A stretch of 63,369 nucleotides of DNA, filler included, from Octopus bimaculoides (taxonomy: Eukaryota): assembly GCF_001194135.2 (NCBI RefSeq). It is 6 parts of 6 records of this genome, joined end to end, with 100 filler letters (N's around TTAATTAATTAA, not from the genome) between each part and the next. Parts side by side here need not be neighbours in the genome. Positions count along the whole stretch, not along the records: positions 31,642 to 44,028 come from NC_068986.1; positions 44,129 to 49,761 come from NW_026393413.1; positions 49,862 to 53,798 come from NC_068997.1; 3 more parts are not named here. One strand, given 5' to 3'. The notes under the pieces are model-generated. The model made no database searches. It was given only the letters and a program-made list of their open reading frames with translations, and was not told where the DNA came from. Below are positions 37,962 through 51,417 of the stretch, in pieces (position 1 is the first letter of the stretch; each line of letters begins with the position of its first letter). Both the position numbers and the translations under genes were made by a program.

Positions 37962-38568
37962 TGTTTCTTATCTTGACTCATCACAGCATATGACCAGGGT
38001 CACAAGTTTAAGCATGAAGTAGAACAGGTGAAATTTTTCTTGTGTTTATTTTTTTCTAATTTTACATTTCTTATCTAAAAGTTGGTGCAGCACTATTGTT
38101 TGTTGATTACATTGTTATAACATCTAGATTTGACACAAAAATGACAACATTGCTTCATAACATTTATTTTTGTTTTTATCAAACTTATAAAAAAATTTTT
38201 TTTAAATGGCATATGCTTGTATAGATATGTTTTATGCCTGAATTTAGCTGAATTTACAAACCATATATGCCCTCACCTCAGTGCCATGTAAAAAGCAACC
38301 AGCACACTCTGTACAGTGGTTGGCATTAGGAATGACATTTCAGCCAAAACCAAACCAAATCAGGCTGGAACCTGGTACAGCTCTCCAACTTGCCAACTCT
38401 GGCAAACTGTTGAACCGATGCCAGCATGGAAAACAGCACAGTCTTCTCTCTTGCACACTACATTTTATGCCTCTTATACCTGTTTTTTCTCTTAAGACAC
38501 TTATACTCTGTTGTACTTGCACTTTGACATTACACATCCAACAGATCATGCTTGTTTCATTTTATATG

Positions 38569-38617
<49 letters not shown>

Positions 38618-39954
38618 NNNNNNNNNNNNNNNNNNNNNNNNNNNNNNNNNNNNNNNNNNNNNNNNNNNNNNNNNNNNNNNNNNNNNNNNNNNNNNNNNNN
38701 NNNNNNNNNNNNNNNNNNNNNNNNNNNNNNNNNNNNNGCCCCTCCTCTATCTCTTCTCCATAATATATCCTCCATAGAACCCCTCCTTTCTACCTCTCAT
38801 TCTCCTTTCGCAATCTTATGAACTTAGCCACCCACTCACCCTATCCAATTCTTGATCCCACTTCACTCACATACACCTCTTGGTAACTTGAGTGTACCCT
38901 GCCGTCATCTTCACACTTCTACTGAGGTAGCCATGTATCTTCTTTACTGCAAGACATCTGTTTCTGTCCTTCTGCCCTAACCTCTAACCTGTTATAAAGC
39001 CACCTTCCTCATTACTACTTCCCCACTCAGTTGAGGAGTCTTGTAAATTATTTGATGACCTCACTGCTTTTAGTACCACATAAGAAGCACCCATTACACT
39101 CTGTAAAGTGGTTGGCATTAGGAAGGGTATCCAACTGTAGAAACCATGCCAAAGCTGACAGCAGAGTTTAGCACTGTCTTCTGACTTTCCAGTTCCTGTC
39201 AAACCATCCGACCCATGCCAGCATGGAAAACAGACATTAAATGATGGTGAAGATGATGATAGGTTTCTACACAAGTTTCTGTCAACCAAATTCCCTCACA
39301 ATGCATTAGCTGGCTGAGCGTTGAAGTAGAAGACACTTGCCCAAGATACTTTGCAGTAGGATTGTAACTGAAACCATGTAATGTTGAATATGAACTTTTT
39401 AACCATACAGCCTATGAATATCACATTAAATAATGTGGCCTAGTGTACACTAGGCTAAGGAAAAAAACCCAAAACAAAAAAGTAAGAGATCATTGTGGCT
39501 GGAATGCCTTTGATCATAAGGTTACTTATCTAGGACAGACCTGGGGCTAAACAACAGCAACAATTAAAACAACAATAACTGAACTCTTGCAGTTTGTAAT
39601 GACTGGGCATTGAGATTTGGTTTTGAGGAGATGGGTTTAAGGAGATGAGTTTAAGGAGATGGGTTCATTCATGCTATTTTGAAGAGCATTCATTAGCTGT
39701 GTAGAAGGTCTTGAGATTATTTCCAATTTTTTCTGGGAACTGGTACATTGCATATTTTTAGATAAGATAGGTCTGTCACAGTGATTTACAGTAGAGTGAT
39801 AGGATTTGAAGAGTATCTGATTGCAAAAATAATTGTTCCAGCATTATGCACATGCACAAATCATATTATCTTTATAATAGAAAGAGACAGGAAAAAAAGA
39901 AAAATACTGACTAGATAAAAAAAAAAAACCCAAATAAATATAAACAGCAAAAAG

Positions 39955-40145
39955 TGGTGATGGGCAGAATTATTAGCTTGTCGGGTAAAATGGTAAGTGG
40001 CATGCCTTGTAGCCTTTTGCCTTTTGAGTTCAAATTCTGCCAAGAAAATTTCCCTTTCATCCCTTCGGGGGTTGATAAAATAAAGTACTAGTCAAACATT
40101 GAAATTGATGTAATTGACTCGCCCCGTTCCCCTTTGAAAATCGCT
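39955..40145 (+). mobile_element. SINE family D, decayed
   Basis: TGAGTTCAAATTCTGCC...CATCCCTTCGGGGGTTGATAAAATAAAGTACTAG. Confidence 0.75.
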
Positions 40146-40549
40146 GTCCTCGTACTCTGCAATAGCCTGGTGTCCTGTTCAGGGGGAATGTTGTGATCTT
40201 GGTCACTTATCAGCCATGGAAACCAGATAACCAGCCTTATGAGTCCTATGGCTCAAGAAGGAAAAGAAAAACAAAACAGTAAAAGTAGAGCAGAATGTGA
40301 TGTCAAGAAACTGGTTAATAAAGAACCTATTTATCTGAATGTTGTTTCTCATGCTCTTTGGACATACCATGCTTTATCTATAAAGCTTAAAGTTTACACT
40401 GGCCATATCATCTTCAAGAGCATGAATAACATTAACAAAGCAAATATTTTCATTAGAAAATATAGAGAATTTACTGGCAATCTTGTTTTAGATACAGAAA
40501 TAATTTTATTTTAAATAAATTTCAAGAATATTATATTGTATACAGACAT

Positions 40550-40895
40550 ACACGTAGGTGGCTGTGTGGTAAGAAGTTTGTTTCCCAGCCACATGGTTCT
40601 GGGTCCAGTCCCACTGCTTGGCACTTGGGTGTCTTCTCCTATAGACTTGGACTGACCAAAGTTTTGTGAGTTGATCTGGTAGATGGAAACTCAAAGAATA
40701 CCAACATGTGTGTGTGAGTCTTTATGTCTGTTTTCCCCCACCACTGCTTGACAACCAGTGTTGGTGTGTTTGCATTCCCACAACTTAGCAATTTGGCAAA
40801 ATGAGTACCAGGATTGATTCATTCGACTAAAAATTCAAGGTCATGTCCCAGCATGACCGCAGTCTAATGACTAAAATGAGTAAAAGATCAAAGAT
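40550..40895 (+). mobile_element. SINE family A, CpG-decayed
   Basis: Head to tail recognisable. Confidence 0.88.
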
Positions 40896-40949
40896 AAAGC
40901 TACCAGTCGCTTACATAAGCATAAAACCAGGAATTTTAGAGGTTGAGTG

Positions 40950-41252
40950 TCATGGCACTCCATTGGTTACGAGGACAATGGTTCCAATTGATCCGATCAA
41001 CGGAACAGCCTGCTCATGAAATTAACGTGCAAGTGACTGAGTACTCCACAGACACGTGTACCCTAAGCATAGTTCTCGGGGAGATTCAGCATGACACAGA
41101 GTATGACAAGGCTGACCCTTTGAAATACAGGTACAACAGAAACAGAAAGAAATAGTGAGAGAAAGTTGTGGTGAAAGAGTACAGCAGAGTTCGCCACCAT
41201 CCCCTGCCAGAGCCTTGTGGAGCTTTAGGTGTTTTCACTCAATAGACACTCA
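40950..41252 (-). mobile_element. SINE family B, head-truncated, CpG-decayed
   Basis: Aligns to 8815-9120. Confidence 0.88.
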
Positions 41253-42172
41253 TTTTTTAAATGAGACTATTTAAAGTTATTGAAAGTAAGAACTATTCTT
41301 AGGTATTATTAAGTGTTATTCTCACAGTGCTTATTTAATCATATTCATAGTAGTTTATTGAATGTATATATAACTTTATGAACACAACAACAAAGACTTA
41401 TTCTTTTGTTGTTGATTAATTTGTGTTTTGATGTAAGAATTTGGTAGATTTCTTCAATGCAAGATTCACATCTTTTGTTCTCAATGCAATAAAATTTTGC
41501 TCAGCTAATTATTTCCCACTCAAGATTATAATCCTTATTTTGATCCTTAATCACCCAAATTAGTTTACTTAGACTGGTGCTAACCTCATTTTTCTTATCC
41601 CTAAAGGTGTTTTCATGATTAGCTATCCTTCTTTTTATATAATTTTTTGTAGAACCTATATAGTAGGTCCCTCAGATATTACCTTACATTCATATATTAC
41701 CCTTTTTCCCTACAAAAAGAATTTAATGGACATCGTTTTCCTTTGGCACACACACACACATATATATTTACACTGAGCTTCTTTCAGCTTCCACTGGCCA
41801 AATATATATATCCATATATGTTACAAATAACATTAGTCAAACAACTTGTACCTATGTTCGTACCACAATATGGTTAAAAATTCAGTTTGTGATGGTTAAT
41901 TCCTGCTGGTCTCACATCTTAATTATGATATCTCTGATTTCAGAGTTGTCATAATCATCACATATTTCTGAACACACAAGGCATCAGTTACAGCTGTTCT
42001 GGAAGGGACTGGGATAATAAAAAAAAACAAAACAATTATTCAATGATATCTATCACTTTGTGATATCTGTTCTCATATCTTTGTTACATATTACAAAACT
42101 GGAACAAATGGGTATGAAATCCAAATTGGAGAATGCCTTATGTCCCATCAAATATATTTGTAGTGAAACTAC

Positions 42173-42450
42173 CTATCGCCATTAGATACAAAACTGCTAT
42201 CGCCATTCTTCTCATTTAAATATAAACAAATGCGAGCGTAGCAGAGAACATCTCTTTGTCATCACGTGACTGATCATTATTCGAATCGGCAACTTCTTCG
42301 AACCGTTCCCGCCAGAACGCAAACTGACCAATCACAGCCCTTAATAAGGTCACGTAATAGTGTTTTTCTACTCCCGTCTGGGAGCCCCCTTAACGCCTTA
42401 AATAGAGCAACTCATACCCAGCAAATTGGTCTCGGTTCAGTTTTTCTTAN
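42173..42450. promoter_or_regulatory. CpG-retaining promoter-like segment; probable SLC46 promoter and first exon (minus), possibly bidirectional
   Basis: CpGs return abruptly after ~10 kb of depletion. TCACGTGA (42262-42269), CCAAT (42328-42332), GGTCACGT (42348-42355), TTAAATAG (42397-42404) and minus-strand donor GATAG|gtagtt at 42173/42172. Confidence 0.5.
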
Positions 42451-42730
42451 NNNNNNNNNNNNNNNNNNNNNNNNNNNNNNNNNNNNNNNNNNNNNNNNNN
42501 NNNNNNNNNNNNNNNNNNNNNNNNNNNNNNNNNNNNNNNNNNNNNNNNNNNNNNNNNNNNNNNNNNNNNNNNNNNNNNNNNNNNNNNNNNNNNNNNNNNN
42601 NNNNNNNNNNNNNNNNNNNNNNNNNNNNNNNNNNNNNNNNNNNNNNNNNNNNNNNNNNNNNNNNNNNNNNNNNNNNNNNNNNNNNNNNNNNNNNNNNNNN
42701 NNNNNNNNNNNNNNNNNNNNNNNNNNNNNN

Positions 42731-43236
42731 ACATCTGTATAACAAGAATCATGGCCCGGCATCGATGCCACGACATCACAACTAGTGATCAGCTCTGCCA
42801 CACTCACAGCCTCAACTCACTTCACATACAGACTCATACTATTGTGTACTAAAGAACTGGTATAATTGCTCACGTGTTATTGACTCTCTTTCCATCTGCT
42901 GTAATAACTCACATACACACACATGTATCACTCACATACACACTTTTCTTTGTATGACGGCCTGTCTTTGATTATGTTCTTATATGTCGCATTCATCCAC
43001 TCTCACACAGACATACATCTTTAACGCCATAATAAATATTTCTGTTATTCATCTAATACGGTTGTGGTCTTACATTACTGGTCATCTATGTTATCGTCAT
43101 ATAACATATCATGTATATCATTATTGATATATATTATTGTGTGTTCGACCGTGTGACCCGTTTAAATAAAAGGAGTCCTCTGTTTTTCCATTCGTCACCA
43201 TTTCTCCTTTTTGAGTTCGCACGGTCGTTCCTTACA
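42731..43236. mobile_element. Possible solo LTR (5' boundary may lie in the gap)
   Basis: Non-coding ~500 bp with AATAAA near the right end and a terminal ...GTTCCTTACA; no TSD confirmed. Confidence 0.3.
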
Positions 43237-44128
43237 TATTTGTAGGTGCTATATAACAGATTCATGACCAAGGACTGAAACTTGAATCTTCATTTTCATT
43301 TCCTTTGTTCTTTTATTGCACACTTGAAATTCATACATTTAAACCTGTCAGAAACTACACTGACCTAATATAGCTTTGAACCAGATTTATATTGACAATC
43401 AATGACAAAAACAAGCAGTTTGTCTTGGTAGCTCTAGACAGCATTTTATCAGGACTAGTTTTTACACATATACTAACAAGCTTCTTCCATGCAGACCTTG
43501 AACCCTTTACCTTCTTCCTCCCATACACTTATTCACAGACTACTGTATGAATAAATACAGGTATACCAACTACTATACAACATAAATCCTTGATTCATTA
43601 AAATTATCTCTGCCTTGAGTGGATGTATAATAATTGCAAAATGGCAATTAAACCCAGCTCCATTTGAGAAGGCAAGATAATCTCAAGACTCAACACTTCT
43701 CCAAAAATGACATGCCATTAAGGAAAAGGATAAGCTGGTTGTCTGGAGAAAGAAGGACAGTTGTGGATGTGTGCTTCTGGTTCAATAGCCATCATCATCA
43801 TCATCATCATCATCATCGTTTAACGTCCGCTTTCCATGCTAGCATGGGTTGGACGATTTGACTGAGGACTGGTGAAACCGGATGGCAACACCAGGCTCCA
43901 ATCTAATTTGGCAGAGTTTCTACAGCTGGATGCCCTTCCTAATGCCAACCACTCAGAGAGTGTAGTGGGTGCTTTTACGTGTCACCCGCACGAAAAGGGC
44001 CACGCTCGAAATGGTGTCTTTTATGTGCNNNNNNNNNNNNNNNNNNNNNNNNNNNNNNNNNNNNNNNNNNNNTTAATTAATTAANNNNNNNNNNNNNNNN
44101 NNNNNNNNNNNNNNNNNNNNNNNNNNNN

Positions 44129-44690
44129 ACTAGTGATGGTGACGTTATGTCTCCATTCATCTTCCCACACGGCCTCAGCCTCAACACGGAGGTCCACATC
44201 AAGTGCCTGGAGGAAGTAGTGCTGCCTTGGGTCAAGAGGGTGACTATTGGAAGACCCTATGTCTGGCAACAAGACACTGACCCATGCCACACAAGCAGGA
44301 GCACCCAGTAATGGCTATCAAACAACTTCTGTGACCACATCACTTCTAAAATCTGGCCACCCAACTCCCCAGACTGTATCCCCCTTTGATTATTATGTGT
44401 GATGCGCAGATAAGCGAGAGACCAACAGAATTCCTTGCAACACCAAATATGAACTGAAGGCAAGGATTATGGCAGCATTCACCAACTTAAACAATGGGAC
44501 CGTTCAGAAGAGTTGCGGGAGATTCAGAAGTGGTTGAAGCCAATGGCGAATATATTGAATAAATTTGCTCTTTGGTATTTCAAGATATATTTATGTAATT
44601 TTGGTAAATATGTTAAAATGAGATGTCGGTGTTATTTTCATTTTTGTGTAATTTAGATGACAGTTTATGCACTTTATTATATGAAGGCGC
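44129..44690 (+). mobile_element. maT (DD37D) Tc1/mariner-superfamily transposon, 3' half, disabled
   Basis: DGDVMSPFIFPHGL..CLEEVVLPWVKRV..YVWQQDTDPCHTS..WPPNSPDCIPFDYYV: 37 residues between the second and third catalytic D; in-frame stops. Confidence 0.88.
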
Positions 44691-44917
44691 TGCTTCTGTA
44701 TAACCTTGGCCAACGTAACTAAAATATAGCTAAGATCATATTGAGACGTATTGTACGGATGGAGATGGTGGTGGTGGTGGTGGTGATGGTTGCAGAGATG
44801 CACCCAGAGTTTTATGCATATTAGGTATTCCATAGGTGTGTGCGTGTGTGTGTACGTGTGTATGTCTATCAGTGGATGCCCGACTGTGCTTGTGTGTGAA
44901 TGCGTGTACGCATGATG

Positions 44918-44967
<50 letters not shown>

Positions 44968-45791
44968 NNNNNNNNNNNNNNNNNNNNNNNNNNNNNNNNN
45001 NNNNNNNNNNNNNNNNNNNNNNNNNNNNNNNNNNNNNNNNNNNNNNNNNNNNNNNNNNNNNNNNNNNNNNNNNNNNNNNNNNNNNNNNNNNNNNNNNNNN
45101 NNNNNNNNNNNNNNNNNNNNNNNNNNNNNNNNNNNNNNNNNNNNNNNNNNNNNNNNNNNNNNNNNNNNNNNNNNNNNNNNNNNNNNNNNNNNNNNNNNNN
45201 NNNNNNNNNNNNNNNNNNNNNNNNNNNNNNNNNNNNNNNNNNNNNNNNNNNNNNNNNNNNNNNNNNNNNNNNNNNNNNNNNNNNNNNNNNNNNNNNNNNN
45301 NNNNNNNNNNNNNNNNNNNNNNNNNNNNNNNNNNNNNNNNNNNNNNNNNNNNNNNNNNNNNNNNNNNNNNNNNNNNNNNNNNNNNNNNNNNNNNNNNNNN
45401 NNNNNNNNNNNNNNNNNNNNNNNNNNNNNNNNNNNNNNNNNNNNNNNNNNNNNNNNNATATATACATATATATACACGTATACATTCCAATGCACACACG
45501 CACGCACACATATATGTGTGTGTAGTTGTAATTACATACGTATACTAACTCATATCTCTCTCTTCCTCTTTCTTTCTCTCTCTGTAAATATATGCGTGTA
45601 TATAATTTTTGACCAGATGCATAAGTATATATATTTACATGCATGTAATCATATATGTAATAATAAATGCATACACATACACACACAAACAGAAAAATAC
45701 ACACACACATATGTATTTAAATCTGCATGTATGCATGTATGCATGTATGTAGTTATGTATATGGGGTATGAATGTATTTATATATATGTGC

Positions 45792-45865
<74 letters not shown>

Positions 45866-45933
45866 GTATACACATATATATGCATACATATATATGTATG
45901 AATGTATGTACATATATATATTTATATATATAC

Positions 45934-45964
<31 letters not shown>

Positions 45965-46325
45965 GACTTTGCTACGTGAGTAATAATACCTGAAATGCTT
46001 GTAATTTCCCAATTTCCAGATTTAAATATTTTTCTCCACTCTTCTCGTTTACATCTCGACCGACAGCCGTTACGCAGTTTCCCACACCATAACCCCGGGA
46101 CTATTTTCCGCTATTAAGGGTTGTCTAATCGCTATCAGCCCCTTACAGACACAATTGGTGTGCATCCAACTTTAGAACTCAAAATATTTCAAAGGAAAAA
46201 ATACATGCAGTTTTGTTGATATTTTCGTTTTAAATTTCTTTTATAATGGATGCGCCATTTTCTCTCCATCCAAGAAATTAGCTTTCTTTGTACAATATAT
46301 AGAAATATATGCCGTTATGTATGCA

Positions 46326-46385
<60 letters not shown>

Positions 46386-46657
46386 NNNNNNNNNNNNNNN
46401 NNNNNNNNNNNNNNNNNNNNNNNNNNNNNNNNNNNNNNNNNNNNNNNNNNNNNNNNNNNNNNNNNNNNNNNNNNNNNNNNNNNNNNNNNNNNNNNNNNNN
46501 NNNNNNNNNNNNNNNNNNNNNNNNNNNNNNNNNNNNNNNNNNNNNNNNNNNNNNNNNNNNNNNNNNNNNNNNNNNNNNNNNNNNNNNNNNNNNNNNNNNN
46601 NNNNNNNNNNNNNNNNNNNNNNNNNNNNNNNNNNNNNNATATATATATGTGTACGTG

Positions 46658-46696
<39 letters not shown>

Positions 46697-46952
46697 ATGT
46701 ATGTATGCAAAGCAAGTATTAATGTATGAATTTATGCGTCGATATAGATATATACACATCCATATATATATTCATGCATTTATATATATATATATATATA
46801 TTCGCGCGCGCGCGCACACACACTCACACACACACACACACACACACTTATAGATATAAATATAAACACATGCATATGCAAATATACAAATATATATGTA
46901 TATATGTGTGCATGCACCTATGTATGTCCGTATTTACATGTTTGCGTATATT

Positions 46953-46985
<33 letters not shown>

Positions 46986-47025
46986 ATGTATATGCATATA
47001 TATATATATATATATNNNNNNNNNN

Positions 47026-47076
<51 letters not shown>

Positions 47077-47351
47077 CATATATGTATATATATATATGTA
47101 TGTATGAGTCAGTGTGTATCTGTACGCAAAAAATGCGAATATATTAAAATACGCATACATTCGGCCATTGTTATATGTCCGATATATCTAACACACATTT
47201 ACGCACACAGGCGCATGCTCACACACACACACACACACACACATATGGCTAAATTGGCATTTTTGTCTATTGCTAGATAAGCATTTAGCTTCTTGTATGC
47301 TTGCCGAGTAGACATAATTGTAGGTGTGGGTGTGGGTGTGTGTCTATACAT

Positions 47352-47542
47352 CACTGCTTTCGGAACTGGTATGCCGCGCGGCACTTGTGTGCCTCGAGGC
47401 GATGCTATGTATGCCGTAGTATAACCTGGATATAATTTTCTTTTCCCTGTACTTTTAGCTATATTTCTAGTTCATGTGTGCCGCAGAATTTTCAAAAGTA
47501 CATAAATGTGCCGCAAGTGGAAAAATCGTTGCGGAGCACCGC
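47352..47542. mobile_element. hAT (Charlie-like) MITE
   Basis: Ends resemble CAGTG...GTGCCGCGGCAC TIR/subterminal motifs; TGCCGC repeated at both ends. Confidence 0.5.
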
Positions 47543-47996
47543 CGTGCATATATCTACATACCTACATACGCATATATTTATATATATTCTTTTACTTGTT
47601 TCAGTCATTTGACTGCGGCCATGCTGGAGCACCGCCTTTAGTCGAACAGATCGACCCCAAGACTTATTCCTTATAAGCCGATTATAATTCAAAATTCCTA
47701 TTTTGTTTTTCACACAGTAACTTGTCCAGATTGAACTATGAAAAACCTCGTAGTTTTTCGCATGTGTATTTCGTGTGCAAGATTCTTGATGTGGATACGT
47801 GTGTTGAAAGAAATACAATTAAACCTTGGGAGAGGCATTATGCCGGTAATAAACACACGCACTGGTTCAGTCCTTTTTTAATTTATAAACAGTATTTAGT
47901 TTTTTGTTAAATAATTTCATTTCACTCTTGCAATCTCTTCAGTAACTTGTCTCTCCACTTTCATGTATGTAGTTTTTGCAATACATACATCTAAAG

Positions 47997-48710
47997 CAGG
48001 GATTCTCAACCATTTCTTTCTATCCATGGACCCCTCTGTTTATCATTTTATTCTGCTGGACCCCCACAGCCATTCGATGTTTGAAAACTAGTTTCATAGA
48101 ATCTTCTTTCAAAATTCCTATTTCGTTTTCCACACATTCACTTTATTAGATTGATCTATGTAAAATGTTAGGGAAAGAAACCTTACCGTTTCTTGTAATA
48201 CAGACCAATACAAACATCTTAAGCAAACCTTCATTATGAACCCTTAAAATATCATCACTGTTCTCCAATTTATCCTTTTGCTTGCATGGGTCCTTTTGGT
48301 TATTATTTTAATCTCGTGGACCCCAGAATCATCCGATGTTTTCAAACTTGTGTAAGTTGAACTCTGTAAGATGTTCGAGAAAGAAACCTCACCCTTTCTT
48401 GCAATACACACCAACACATATATCTTAGGCAAAGCATTATCACGGACCCTTAAAATACTACAACAGATCCTCAATTTACTATTTTGCTTGCGTGGACACC
48501 ATTTGATTACTATTTTATTTTGGGGACCCAGCATGGCCATTCGATGTTTAAAAACTACTTTTATAGAATCTTCTTTCAAAATTTCTGTTTTGTTTTTCAC
48601 GCATTAACGTTTGTAGGTTGAACAATGTAAAATGTTAGAGAAAGAAACCCAGCTGTTTCTTGCAATACATATCAATACACACAACTAATAAAAGGTTCTC
48701 AATCAGTATA
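47997..48710 (+). mobile_element. hAT-Charlie-like non-autonomous element with internal ~210-250-bp tandem units
   Basis: Starts CAGGGATTCTCAACC after ATCTAAAG (NTCTARAN-type site). About three diverged copies of TGTAAAATGTTAG.GAAAGAAACC...TTTCTTG.AATACA; right TIR degenerate. Confidence 0.65.
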
Positions 48711-48751
48711 GAGTAGAGTGTGGCATCAAAAAGGTGAAGATAAACTTACAC

Positions 48752-49036
48752 ATACTCTTTTCTTTTACTCTTTTACTTGTTTCAGTCATTTGACTGCGGC
48801 CATGCTGGAGCACCACCTTTAGTCGAGCAAATCGACCCCAGGACTTATTCTTTTGTAAGCCTAGTACTTATTCTATCGGTCTCTTTTGCCGAACCGCTAA
48901 GTTACGGGGACGTAAACACACCAGCATCGGTTGTCAAGCGATGTTGGGGGGGGGACAAACACAGACACACAAACATACACACAAACACATATATATATAT
49001 ATATATACATATATACGATGTGCTTCTTTCAGTTTC
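48752..49036 (-). mobile_element. SINE family A 3' part (head in gap); small tail fragment also at 47585-47680
   Basis: Reverse complement of the family A tail and internal microsatellite; CpGs retained. Confidence 0.9.
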
Positions 49037-49167
49037 NNNNNNNNNNNNNNNNNNNNNNNNNNNNNNNNNNNNNNNNNNNNNNNNNNNNNNNNNNNNNNNN
49101 NNNNNNNNNNNNNNNNNNNNNNNNNNNNNNNNNNNNNNNNNNNNNNNNNNNNNNNNNNNNNNNNNNN

Positions 49168-49202
<35 letters not shown>

Positions 49203-49254
49203 GAGAGAGAGAGAGAGAGAGAGACATGCATACGTACGTATATAAGACGAGAAG

Positions 49255-49460
49255 GCAGAACCGTTGTTAAAGCTGGACGAAATGCTTAGCGGTTTTTCGC
49301 CGATCGGTGTGTTCTGAGCTCAAATTCCGCCGAAGTCGACTTTGCCTTTCCTCATTTCGGGGTCGATAAATTATGTACCGGTTGCGCACTGCGGTCGATC
49401 AAATCAAACTGGCCCCACTCTCCCAGAAATCCGGGCCTTTTACCTAGAGTGGAAAAGAAT
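49255..49460 (+). mobile_element. SINE family D
   Basis: GGACGAAATGCTTAGCGG...TCAAATTCCGCCGAAGTCGACTTTGCCTTT...GGGGTCGATAAA. Confidence 0.85.
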
Positions 49461-49861
49461 AAATATATATATATATATTCATAGCACTTTTTTAAGCCTG
49501 CAACATAAGAAACGGAACAGTTTGTTCCGTCTTAATTTTTCCCGTCACCACATTTTTTCCTATACAATTAATGATAAGGATATTGAACCGTGGTATAAGT
49601 GGGTGGGTGTGTATGTGGCTATGGTTGAATACATTGATATATATTCCAAAGTGTGTATAGCTATATATAAATATATAACCGATGCATGTAAATATAAACA
49701 TATATATATCACAAACGCGCATATATATACATACCCACAAATATATATATATATATATATANNNNNNNNNNNNNNNNNNNNNNNNNNNNNNNNNNNNNNN
49801 NNNNNTTAATTAATTAANNNNNNNNNNNNNNNNNNNNNNNNNNNNNNNNNNNNNNNNNNNN

Positions 49862-49932
<71 letters not shown>

Positions 49933-50097
49933 TTGCGTGTGTGTGAGAGAGAGAATGTGTGTATGCATAACTGAAAACATTGGAGTCAACAAGAAGGGGT
50001 TCGGCTGGACATTTATTTTTTAATCACTGCAATTGTTTCCACGCAGCGTAGTTCTCCAAGTGTACAGGTAATTGATTATGCAACTGTTATCTTGCAT

Positions 50098-50412
50098 TAT
50101 GAGATCTAGTTGTGTTTCCTCAGGCGATATGTAAATATTGTCTCCGTAAGTTTAAAATCCTCGACTTCAAGAACATCCTATTTTTCTGTTGTGCCTGAAT
50201 TTAGTAGTAGTTTCTGAGCCTATTAGGTGTGTTGTTGTCGATGGGCCGTTGGCAAACTGCTTTGAATATGTAGATGTAGTGGAATAGTGATTCTGGTACT
50301 GTTGAAGTGGTTGCCGTTTTAAAGGGATTGGTGTTTTATTTCTTTGTACTGCTGATTTGTTCTCCATGGTTGATTACACATGCGATTGTCGTTAGCTGGC
50401 CTTTAAGATTTA
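50098..50412 (-). repeat. Outer arm of nested inverted repeat (partner 53170-53484)
   Basis: About 315 bp, roughly 90% identical by eye to the reverse complement of 53170-53484. Confidence 0.92.
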
Positions 50413-50417
50413 ACGCT

Positions 50418-50580
50418 CATATCAGCGGCTGTGTGGTAAGTAGCTTGCTTACCAACTACATGGCTCCAGGTTCAGCCCCACTGCGTGGCACTTTGGGCAA
50501 GTGTCTTCTATTATAGCCTCGGGCCAGCCAAAACCTTGTGAGTGGATTTGATACACGGAAACTGAAAGAAGCCCATCGTA
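50418..50580 (+). mobile_element. SINE family A 5' half (rest in gap)
   Basis: GCGGCTGTGTGGTAAGTAGC...GGAAACTGAAAGAAGCCCATCG(TA)n. Confidence 0.88.
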
Positions 50581-51247
50581 TATATATATATATATATNNN
50601 NNNNNNNNNNNNNNNNNNNNNNNNNNNNNNNNNNNNNNNNNNNNNNNNNNNNNNNNNNNNNNNNNNNNNNNNNNNNNNNNNNNNNNNNNNNNNNNNNNNN
50701 NNNNNNNNNNNNNNNNNNNNNNNNNNNNNNNNNNNNNNNNNNNNNNNNNNNNNNNNNNNNNNNNNNNNNNNNNNNNNNNNNNNNNNNNNNNNNNNNNNNN
50801 NNNNNNNNNNNNNNNNNNNNNNNNNNNNNNNNNNNNNNNNNNNNNNNNNNNNNNNNNNNNNNNNNNNNNNNNNNNNNNNNNNNNNNNNNNNNNNNNNNNN
50901 NNNNNNNNNNNNNNNNNNNNNNNNNNNNNNNNNNNNNNNNNNNNNNNNNNNNNNNNNNNNNNNNNNNNNNNNNNNNNNNNNNNNNNNNNNNNNNNNNNNN
51001 NNNNNNNNNNNNNNNNNNNNNNNNNNNNNNNNNNNNNNNNNNNNNNNNNNNNNNNNNNNNNNNNNNNNNNNNNNNNNNNNNNNNNNNNNNNNNNNNNNNN
51101 NNNNNNNNNNNNNNNNNNNNNNNNNNNNNNNNNNNNNNNNNNNNNNNNNNNNNNNNNNNNNNNNNNNNNNNNNNNNNNNNNNNNNNNNNNNNNNNNNNNN
51201 NNNNNNNNNNNNNNNNNNNNNNNNNNNNNNNNNNNNNNNNNNNNNNN

Positions 51248-51282
<35 letters not shown>

Positions 51283-51417
51283 AAAAATAGTATAAGGTAG
51301 AAAATGCTAAAATAATTTTATCATGAAGAACATTTTAGTTTTTGCGACTTTTTCAACTTAGAATAAAGCATGAAAAACAATTAAATTGTGGAGAAATTAA
51401 ATGAAATGTATAGGCTT

